In this document: one piece after another, positions 24,201-33,200 of the stretch
How positions within the stretch are numbered: the first letter of the stretch is position 1
Layout of the letters: every line of letters starts with the position of its first letter
Source of the DNA: Octopus sinensis
Taxonomy: Eukaryota
Assembly (NCBI RefSeq): GCF_006345805.1
Contig: NC_043001.1
Coordinates: 106,702,001-106,766,000 of the forward strand
Reading direction: 5' to 3'
Length of the DNA: 64,000 nt
Notes under the pieces: generated by a model
What the model saw: the letters and a program-made list of their open reading frames with translations, nothing else
Databases searched by the model: none
Told to the model about the DNA's origin: nothing
Position numbers and translations under genes: made by a program

Positions 24201-25096
24201 TCCAGCTTTGATGTACAGTGTCATTGGTGTCTTACTGCAGCTCGGCCGTGGCGTTGATGATGAAATAAATACACTAACGGCAGCCACAAGCACTGGTCTG
24301 CTTTACAAATCGTCTGGTAAGAATAATTTGTTTGTACCATTGCAGCTCAACCAACTGTGAGGAATCCGGTTAAGGGTCTTCTTTGGGGTTTGTTTTTCTA
24401 AGGGACATGGAAAGACATACGGACTAGTCATCATCATCATCGTTTAACGTCCACTTTCCAAGCTAGCATGGGTTGGACGATTTTGACTGAGGGCTGTTGA
24501 ACCAGATGGCTGCATCAGGCTCCAATCTTGATCTGGCAGTTTCTACAGCTAGATGCCCTTCCTAATGCCAACCACTCTGATAGTGTAGTGGGTGCTTTTT
24601 ACGTGCCACTAGCACGGGGGCCAGTCAGGCGGTACTGGCAATGACCTCGCTGAGTTTATTCAAGAAAAGCCACAGACAACCCTTTAAATAGCTTCCATTA
24701 TGTGTGAGCATGTAATCACATACAGTACATCATCGTTTAACATCCATCTTCCATGGTTGACAGCAGTAGTCTCTGTTCTTCCAAATTAAAAGTTCAGGCA
24801 GTCTTGGAAGTCACAGCCTTGGACATAAATACTTTGGAACCGTTTAATTTATTAAAATTCTAGAAACTAAAATGATTGTAGATTTGTATTATACTTTTTG
24901 GAATGGTTTTTGTTTTTTGTGTCCAAATTTGAAAGATTTTAAAAAATATTTATTTCATCTGTTGTTCTATTTCTATATTTTTCCAGCTGGTTTGAAAAAG
25001 TGTGTACGTGCAGGTGGAATTGGTTTCAGCTTGGCTGCTGCTTATTGCTTATTTTCCAACCGAGACAGGATCAAATCTATGCTAAATTCTGATTAA
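15161..25096 (+). CDS. TIMM23: Mitochondrial import inner membrane translocase subunit Tim23 (7 exons, 204 aa)
   Basis: Exons 15161-15242, 16222-16289, 18997-19093, 21121-21208, 22391-22449, 24206-24316 and 24987-25096 total 615 nt. The protein contains SPYLNFDP, FIFPEGASRQRGRLELAFSQIG, RRTQMLNFITKQGASSAQSLGVIALMYS and RGVDDEINTLTAATSTGLLYKSSAGLKKC (Tim17/22/23 family, Tim23 motifs). Confidence 0.96.
15533..15686. repeat. 154-bp fold-back next to (TA)n in TIM23 intron 1
   Basis: atatgaaagaaaaaggtgttcagaatgctggatggttgtaaa / tttacaaccatccaacattctgaacacctttttctttcatat. Confidence 0.9.
16222..16289 (+). CDS. TIMM23: TIM23 exon 2
   Basis: ttccag|(V)SAGGMGSVMSPYLNFDPAYIGA|gtaagt. Confidence 0.93.
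17418..17491. repeat. 21/22-bp alternating minisatellite
   Basis: ctacctaaaagatgttcacaa / catacttaaaagatgttcacaa, repeated. Confidence 0.85.
17790..18165 (-). mobile_element. RTE LINE internal fragment (YADD to PHD), in TIM23 intron 2
   Basis: Reverse complement matches SPLLFII...GCPWLLFYADDL...KTKVL...PC...VCVKC. Confidence 0.8.
18997..19093 (+). CDS. TIMM23: TIM23 exon 3
   Basis: ttgcag|DSGSDFIFPEGASRQRGRLELAFSQIGGSVFA-G|gtaaag. Confidence 0.95.
20385..20962 (+). mobile_element. CR1-type LINE 3' fragment
   Basis: LETIQRLATK*IPSIKH..Y.E.LAFLG...LKLQRLATDL..THKII with an (ATT)n tail; second copy at 31090-31430. Confidence 0.75.
21121..21208 (+). CDS. TIMM23: TIM23 exon 4
   Basis: aaacag|(G)AAVGGLNGLYSGFRETSTAQLTGAVRRT-CA|gtaagt. 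Confidence 0.95.
22391..22449 (+). CDS. TIMM23: TIM23 exon 5
   Basis: ttgcag|G-MLNFITKQGASSAQSLGVI-G|gtaagt. Confidence 0.95.
23145..23411. mobile_element. MITE with 8-bp TSD (hAT/P-like)
   Basis: TIR caaggctgtggagtcg / cgactccacagccctg; perfect TSD GATTAAAT; internal GACTCC repeats. Confidence 0.9.
23867..24180 (-). mobile_element. Dong/R4-type LINE 3' fragment
   Basis: Minus strand ...IARIWNM...GSLGIVSKDIEKRLKEIGIESPVELLQKVCLLGTGKIARNVLST*, ending in a (TAA)n tract. Confidence 0.75.
24206..24316 (+). CDS. TIMM23: TIM23 exon 6
   Basis: ttccag|(A)LMYSVIGVLLQLGRGVDDEINTLTAATSTGLLYKSS-G|gtaaga. Confidence 0.95.
24987..25096 (+). CDS. TIMM23: TIM23 exon 7 (stop)
   Basis: ttccag|(A)GLKKCVRAGGIGFSLAAAYCLFSNRDRIKSMLNSD*. 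Confidence 0.95.
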
Positions 25097-25376
25097 AAGA
25101 TTTTTTTTTTCCTTTTTTTAATTTGTTTTCATGTTTTCTTTTTTAATTAATTTATTTTTTAACATGAATGTAGTTGCTCAGAATTCCACTTTTGTTTACC
25201 ATTCTTTAAAACTCATCATCGGACCATTATAAATATAAACTTTGGCATCGATCACGTTAAAATTCTATTGTTCAGTGTCAAATGCCATTTCTGGCCAATT
25301 CCATGTTTTCTCACACTATTTAAAACAATGTCAGTAAGAACTATTTATCCATTCTCCAGAGATTCCAGAGAAACTA

Positions 25377-25382
25377 AATAAA
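25377..25382 (+). terminator. candidate TIM23 polyadenylation signal AATAAA
   Basis: AATAAA about 280 nt after the stop codon, with T-rich sequence downstream (25440-25500). Confidence 0.45.
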
Positions 25383-26744
25383 AAAAAAAAGATCTAAACA
25401 ATAACTGCCATTTTACCAATTTATAAAAGAATGTTCTGTCTTTCTGACTTCTTTTGAACTTGACTTTTCTTTCTTTCTTTTTTTTTTTCTTTGTTTGTGG
25501 TTCTTCAGAAATGCAAAAATCTATTGGGTGTTTGAACGTGGGAGAAGAGTTGGCACCCAGGTGTAATTGTTACAATTTATACTAGAGTAGTTGGTGTTAG
25601 GAAGGGCATCCAGCTGTAGAAACACTGCCAGATCAGACTGGAGCTTGGTGCAGCCTCCTGGCTTCCTAGACTCCAGTCGAACCGTCCAACCCATGCTAGC
25701 ACGGACGTTAAATGATGATGATGATGATAAGTGTGTTTGCATATTTGAGCAAGCAAGAATTCCCGTCAAATTAGCAATCAATCATCATCGTCATCTTCGT
25801 TTAACACCCGCTTTCCATGCTGGCATGAGTTGGACGGTTCGACCAGGGTCTGGGAAGCCAGGGGGCTGCACCAGGCTCCAGTTTGATCTGGCAGTATTTC
25901 TACAGCTGGACGCCCTTCCTAATGCCAACCACTCTGTGAGTGTAGTGGGTGCTTTTTACGTGCCACCAACATGGGACCAGTCAGGTGGCACTGGCATCGA
26001 CTTTGCTCGAATAGTGCTTTTTACGTGCCAAAGAACTAATTAAAGTGACTTTGTCATAATTTAGCTGGCGTTTGGAACAAATCAACCTGAAATTTTGATG
26101 GAGGGTTATAATTTAGGTTATTTTAAACAGGAATTTGTGTCATACAACATGAGGTGAACATAGGTGGGTTGGCATCAAAAGGATTAAAGACCATAGAAGG
26201 TGGTGTGGCTATTATTGCTAGCTAGACAAGCAACCATGTAGAGGCTCCGTCTGCCTTGTATAATTCACTTGCTTGCTCTTGGATGCTTTTAGTGAAGTTC
26301 ATCATCATTTGACATCTTTTGTCCATGCTGGCATGGGTTGGATGGTTTGACCTGGGCTGTACCAGATTCCAGTCTGGTTTAGCATGGTTTCTATGGCTGC
26401 ATGTCCTTTCTGACACCAACCACTCCAAGAGTGTAATAGTTGCTTTTGCATGACGCCATTCATTATCTGCCACGATGACGATTTCACTTGGTTTGAGGGT
26501 CTTCTATTCAAGCACAGCAGATTCTTTTCTACAATAGGCACAAGGCCCAAAAGTTTTTTGGCAAGGTGGGGCAGGGGCAGATGATTAAATCAACCCCAGT
26601 ACACAACTAGTACCTAATATATCGACCCCAAAAGGATGAAAAGGAAAGTTGACCTTGGCAGAATTTGAACTCAGAACATAAAGACAGCCGAAATACTGCT
26701 AAGCATTTTGCCCGGTGTGCTAATGTTTCTGCCAGCTCGCCGCC

Positions 26745-27290
26745 TTTCAAGTACAGCATATTGCGAAAGGACTTGGTCATGTGCCATTACCTCCATGAGG
26801 CCCAATACTCAAAAGGTGCTTTTTACATGTCCCCAACACAGGTGTCAGTCACTAGTCATTGCCTTTGTGAGGCCCAATATTCAAGGATCATGCTTCACCC
26901 CCTCGTCCCATGTCTTCCTGGGTCTCCCTCTTCCAGAATTCAAGATCAGCACTTCACACAACTGTCCACATCCATATGCATCACATGATCATACCAACAC
27001 AATCGTCTCTCTCTTGCAAACTACATCTTATGCCCAATTTTCCTCACAGGATGCCTGCTCTCAGTTGTACATCCAGCGAAGTACACCAGCTTCATTTCTT
27101 TCAAGTTTACACATGTCCTCAGCAGTCAGAGCCCATGTTTTACTGCTATGTAGCATGGCTGTTTGCACACAGGTGTCATACAATCTGCCTTTCACTCGGA
27201 ACTTTCTCCAGTCTATTCTTATTCTAGCAGCCAAGCTCTTGGAGCATCAACTTCTACTACTGACTTTTGGTTGCCTAGGTAACAGAAGCT
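26745..27290 (-). mobile_element. RTE LINE 3' fragment
   Basis: Reverse complement resembles 51930-52440 (GRPRKTW, ETWALTAEDM). Confidence 0.75.
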
Positions 27291-27779
27291 ATCAACTCCT
27301 TGTAGATTTCCATGCTGGCATTTGATGCAGACTATTTTCTGTATGTTTTGATGCAAACATTCAGGACCAGATCTTTCGTCATCATTATTTAACGCCTACT
27401 TTCCACGCTGGCATGGGCTGGAATGTTCAACAGGGAACCAGCTATATGCAGGGCAGCATCAAGCTCCAGTAATATCTTTGACATAGCACCAGCCACTTAA
27501 CAGAGTGTACTAGGTGCTTTATTTTTGGGCAACCATTATGAGTAGTGTTGCTATATAACTTGCAAAGGAGTTAAGGAGTTGGTCACTCCATCAGTGTCAA
27601 TGATAATCGTTTGGTCATCGTTAGGAGTGACCGGCCCCTGCACGATATGTTGTCACACCCTCACTAACACCTGCAGCAGCATTGCCAACCATATGACCAG
27701 AAATGGCAACCACGGCCGAATCATTGCATCATAATGACAACGTCAGCAATGGTGTTGCCAACAGCATCCCCAGGCCTGG

Positions 27780-28375
27780 AGCCCACCAGAAATATACCAG
27801 GAGTACGAATATAGCCACCTCCCAAGTTTGTAAATATATCGGATCAGCCAGTACATCCTTCAAATAACGCTTCTATAACAACCAGTCATCCTTCAGAGTC
27901 ACAGAAAAACGTTTTGTCACACCCTTAGCCAGCCGTGTATGGCACCTCAAACATCAAGGGACCCCAGGTGGAAAATAACAGAACATCCAGGCTCATATAT
28001 CAATGGGATTGGCCATTGCAAAATCTGTTTCGCAGAGAGAACCAAAATTCTTAAGGACTAAACCTGGCGCGTTAAATGGTCGTACGTAGAGAAATTTTCT
28101 CTAAATGTGTTCATTTCAAGCGTCACCTACTGGAAAATTGGTTCTCCTCGTGTGCTGGTTGGGCTGTTACAAGACTAAATGTTTTTTTATCCTCTAGTCC
28201 GATGGAGATAAACCATCCTCATTAACGTTTTTATACGTTAGACATGAAACGTCATTGTCCTAACATTACCTAGAAATATTAAATTTTGTCTTTGTATAGA
28301 GTCTGACCAGCTGTCCACAAGGCTGTGGCTTTCGTGGAAACGAAACCATTTGTAACTCAATAACCAGAAATTAAC
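27780..28375 (+). mobile_element. Penelope-like element 3' remnant (GIY-YIG endonuclease plus hammerhead relic)
   Basis: Frameshifted peptide IYQ...YIGSASTSFK*RFY..QSSFR..LASRVWHLK...YINGIGHCKICFAERTKIL...EIFSKCVHFKRHLL, the C-terminal layout of a PLE GIY-YIG domain. Confidence 0.8.
28299..28358 (+). ncRNA. degenerate type I hammerhead ribozyme
   Basis: GAGT-CTGACCA-[stem II tccac/gtgga]-GAAAC-cattt-GTA-ACTC; G8 is changed to C. Confidence 0.65.
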
Positions 28376-28514
28376 CTCTTGTTTTAATATATATACATAC
28401 ATCATCATTTAACGTCCGCTTTCCATGCTAGCATGGGTTGGACGATTTGACTGAGGACTGGCGAACCAGATGGCTGTGCCAGGCTCCAATCTGCATATAT
28501 ATATATATTGATAG

Positions 28515-28896
28515 GAGGCGCAATGGCCCAGTGGTTAGGGCAGCGGACTCGCGGTCATAGGATCGCGGTTTCGATTCCCAGACCGGGCGTTGTGAGTGTT
28601 TATTGAGCGAAAACACCTAAAAGCTCCACGAAGCTCCGGCAGGGGATGGTGGTGATCCCTGCTGTACTCTTTCACCACAACTTTCTCTCACTCTTACTTC
28701 CTGTTTCTGTTGTACCTGTATTTCAAGGGGCCGGCCATGTCACTCTCTGTGTCACGCTGAATATCCCCGAGAACTACGTTAAGGGTGCACGTGTCTGTGG
28801 AGTGCTCAGCCACTTACACGTTAATTTCACGAGCAGGCTGTTCCGTTGATCAGATCAACCGGAACCCTTATCGTCGTAACCGACGGAGTGCTTCCC
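28515..28896 (+). mobile_element. full-length tRNA-derived SINE with 12-bp TSD
   Basis: A box TGGCCCAGTGG and B box GGTTTCGATTCCC; TSD ATATATTGATAG at 28503-28514 and 28897-28908. Related partial copies at 22800-22915, 49545-49735 and 62770-63080. Confidence 0.9.
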
Positions 28897-28984
28897 ATAT
28901 ATTGATAGAGATGGTAAGACAACAAATGAATGAAAGAGACCTCGATGTTATGTAAATAGAGGAATTTATCTGTAAATGTAATAT

Positions 28985-29142
28985 GTGACAATTATTCGGT
29001 AGCCATGATAAAACTCCGACTTTTGGATGGCGAGGTGGAAATCCACGCTGCCATCTCTTCATTACTGAAGAGATGGCGGTGTGGATTTCCACCTCAGCAT
29101 CCGAAACTCGGAATTTTATCATGGCCACTGAATAATTGTCAC
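28985..29142. repeat. 158-bp hairpin palindrome
   Basis: gtgacaattattc...ctcttca-ttac-tgaagag...gaataattgtcac. Confidence 0.92.
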
Positions 29143-29202
29143 GCATTATATATATATATAGATAGATAGATGGACAGATCACTACCAGAACTAGAGACAA
29201 AG

Positions 29203-29515
29203 TTTCAGATATGAAAGCAAGGTCTAGAACGGAAGGACCTTAGAGTTAACCTAGCAAAATCCAAAGTCTTACTAAGTAGGAAGGCAGGCAAATCACAAAT
29301 CCTTTCAATTAGATGGCTCTGCTCAATCTGTAGAAAAGGCGTAGGTAGATATTCCATAAGATGTACCCAGTGTAAGCTATGAACACATAAGAGGTGCAGC
29401 AATATCAAAGGAAAGTTAACAGGGAAAATAGCTTTTGTGTGTGGAAGATGCACAGGTAGAATAAAACAGAAAATAGACTCCATCAACAACCGGGAGGGTA
29501 AGCTAGAGGTTGTAG
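29203..29515 (+). mobile_element. RTE LINE internal fragment (PHD region)
   Basis: Homologous to 51539-51870: WLCSICRKGVGRYSIRCTQCKL*THKRCSNIKG...FVCGRC. Confidence 0.85.
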
Positions 29516-30114
29516 GGCAGGATTCATGACACACGAACTGGAGACAGAAACTTCGCAGCGGGTCAGCTAGGAATGGCAGGATTTCGGAAGACTTTCTTCT
29601 GAAATTCTTTGTTTGCGTGTCTAATATGTTAAAACAATATTTTCCAAATCTGTTTCCTGACATCGAGGAATTTCCACGGATCACGCGAATACAGAATTAT
29701 TCCCCTTAGATTTAAAACTTTTTGAGTAGCTTCCCTTTAGTTACCATAAAGTGTTTAGTGTCGTACTTTTATGAAATCAATCGAACACATTTGATTTTCT
29801 AGAAACTTATTAAAGTGTTACGAATATATAAAGTATGGTATCATCAAAATTAGAAAACTTTCGATAATTAAACTAGATTATATAATTTGCAAACACAAAT
29901 GTATCTGTGTTTATATTATGTAACTACGGTAATCGGAAATAGGTCTGAAGGTTGAAGCTTTCTAAGCATGCTGTCGCTTGGAACCGAACCATCGTCGCCT
30001 TCCTGATAATCTTGTCTGTAGTTTAGCCTGGGTTATATCCTACTGTAGGGGAACTTCTGAGTGGTGTCTGGACCGGGTAGAAATAGCAGTCACAACAACA
30101 GAATCGATCTTGAA

Positions 30115-30262
30115 ATGACGAGGCTTACAGAAGTCTTAAATCGGGGCCGACGACCCGGTTATCATGGGAAGTTCACCAATTACAAAGAAGTGTTTCCCTA
30201 TAAACTGCCTTTGCCTCCGATCCTTAAGAACAGTGTATCGAATAAGAAAGACAAATCGAAAG
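30115..30262 (+). CDS. CHCHD1: CHCHD1 coding exon 1
   Basis: Basic N-terminus with PILKNSV; donor AAAG|gtaaga, phase 1 matches the next exon. Confidence 0.85.
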
Positions 30263-33200
30263 GTAAGATCTTTATTTAGATTCTCTCGTCTACTAATTAC
30301 GTGGAAAATCGCTTCTCTGAGTTCCTTCTTCTTCCAAAAGAGTCATCGTTGTCCACAGCCAGGAAATAAAACTGTTATTCTTTACTTGTGTCAGTCATTG
30401 GACTACGGTCATACTGGGGCACAGTCTTGAAAGGTTGGGTACTACTTGAGAACAGTGGTCCCGGTGCGCGCACTCGCGTAGTCGCGCATCCGCGCTAGCT
30501 AGTCGTGACTAGTCGATCCTACAACGACTACCTAGCAAAGTAAATAAAACACAAAATAAATCATTTTTTAAACAAAGTAAATAACACGCAAAAACACAAA
30601 GTAAGGATCGACTAGTCATGACTAGCTAGCGCGAATACGCGAGTGCGCGCACCGGGACCACTGTTCTCAAGTAGTACCAAGGGTTTTTAGTTGAACAAAT
30701 CGACCCCAAGACTTTGTTGAAGCCTCTGTTAGTACATCTTTTGCCGAACCGCTAAGTTACAGGACATAAACACTTCACCACCAGTTGCCATGTGTTGGTG
30801 GGGGATAAACTCAAACACAAAGGAGTTGGGTTACGTCTCCGCCATGTACGCCGATAGATGCATACACTCATACGACGGGCTTCTTTCAGTTTCCGTTTAC
30901 CAAATTTACTCACAAGGCTTTGATCAACCCGTGTCTATTGTAGAAGTCACTTGCCCAATACGCCACACATTGGGATTGTACCCGGAACAATGTTTACTCT
31001 CTAAAGATGAGGTCAATAGTTTGGAATATTATTATCACATATATAACTCCTCTCAATCATTCAATCATATTGGCTAATTATTTAAATATCCGTGTATCCA
31101 ACATACCTACAAAGTCAGAAAAAAAAACCCCAGCTCCCATGACTTTCAGAAACATTTTTGCTCACTTAGAGTTACTGAAGCATAGAACAAACTGCCTACA
31201 TCAGTTGTTGCTAAGACATTGCATCCTTTAAAACCTCCATGCTTCCTGAAATTCACTAAGACCACACCTGATATCCCCACCTCCAATGCATGCACACCTG
31301 TATATCATGACTCTTACACTGTTCCCTTTCCTGACTTTCATACATAATTCTATGTACTGTACATGCACTTTCGATGAGTTGTAGTGCACCTGAGCAAGAT
31401 ACACAATAATTTCATTATTATCATTATTATTATAGATTATTTGGATAGGCAGCCTTTGACTTTTTCTGTCCAAAATGATTTTTACTACCCAATATTTGCT
31501 GACTATTAATTATAGTTTTATGTGACGTGCTTAAAGAGCTTCTGTTCAATAAATAAATATATATATGTGTGTGTGTACGAGGTGGTATCATAAAATTTCA
31601 GGCCTAGTTATGTTTAATAAAAAATAACTTATTTATCTAAGTTTTAACATCCCTTCCTTCGAAATGTTCACCTTGCGCAGCAATGCACCAGTCGCAGCAT
31701 TGTTGGAATCCGGCCTGGAAGTTGAGCACTTTCTGTGATTTGTCACCACCTTTGAGCTACATTTTCATCTTGGGGGAGAGATGAAAGTCCGCAGGCAAAT
31801 AGGGCAGGTGCAGCAGAGATACCATGTTGTTCTTGACAAGAAACTCACAGGTGAGGAGAGCCCAGTGACAAGGTGCATCGCAGTCTTGATGAATCCAATT
31901 CTTTGCACCCCACAGATTCAGTCACTTTCACCAAACGTCCTCCCCTCAAACACTTCAAAACATCACAATAGAACTCTCGATTGACAGTCTGGTCCCAGAG
32001 GGTTGAATTCTCGATGCACAATGCCACAGATGTTGAAATAAAAAAATTATGAGCTTGCTCTTGATTGAGTTACAGCTCTGTCGTGCCTTCATCTTCAGTC
32101 ATGGAGATGAAGGCCTCTTCCATTGTGATGACTGCTGCTTCATCACCTGAAGCTTGCCGAAGCATGCTCAATGTCTCTATAGCAGACTTCCCATGTTTAA
32201 TGCAAAATTTCATGTTCGCTCTTTGATCCAACTTCCTGTCCATGACAAAATCGCACACTACAGCACACACATGTAATCCAAAACCACAAATTTCAAAACT
32301 TGCAAAGTAAACAGCAATGTCACTCAGCACACTGAATCATGAAGGTCACTGCTAGCATTCACCGCACATGCAATCATGTGCTGCCATCTGTTGGCATGCT
32401 ACTGAACTAGTCCGGGTACTTTTTGATACCACCTTGTATGTGTGTGTGTATTTGTTTGTCCCCACCATACTGCTTGAAAACAGGTGTTGGTTTGCTTACA
32501 TCCCTGCAGCTTAGTATTTTGGCCAAAAGAGATCAATAGTATAAATCATCATCATCATCGTTTAACATTTGCTTTCCATGCTAGCATGGGTTGGACGGTT
32601 TGTCTGAGGACTGGCGAACCAGATGGCTGCGCCAGGCTCCAATCTTGATCTGGCAGAGTTTCTACAGCTGGATGCCCTTCCTAATGCCAACCACTCTGAG
32701 AGTGTAGTGGGTGCTTTTATGTGCCACAGGCACAAGGGCCAGTCAGGTGGTACTGGTAACAGCCACGCTCAAGTGGTGTTTTAATAAATAGCTGATAAAA
32801 AAAAATAAATTAAGTGCTGGGGTTGGTTTGTTCAACTAAACACTTCAAGATGGTACCCCAGCATGGCTGTAGTCATCATCATCGTCATCGTTTAACATCT
32901 GCTTTCCATGCTGGCATGGGTTGGATGGTTCGACGGGTCTGTGAAGCCAGGAGGCTTCAATCTGATCTGGCAGTGTTTCTACAGCTGGATGCCCTTCCTA
33001 ATGCCAACCACTCTGAGAGTGTAGTGGGTGCTTTTTACATGCCACCGGCACAGGGGCCATAGGAGCTGGTATCGACCACGATTGGATGGTGTTTTTTACC
33101 TACCACTGGTGCAGAAGCCAGTCAAAGTGGCACTGGCATCGGCCAGGTTCGGATGGTGCTTTTTATGTGCTACCAGCACAGGACTCACAACCACAAGTTC

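Noticed and set aside
28515-28590. tRNA gene
   Set aside because: The A and B boxes belong to a SINE head that continues into a repeat body with TSDs; there is no proper cloverleaf acceptor stem.
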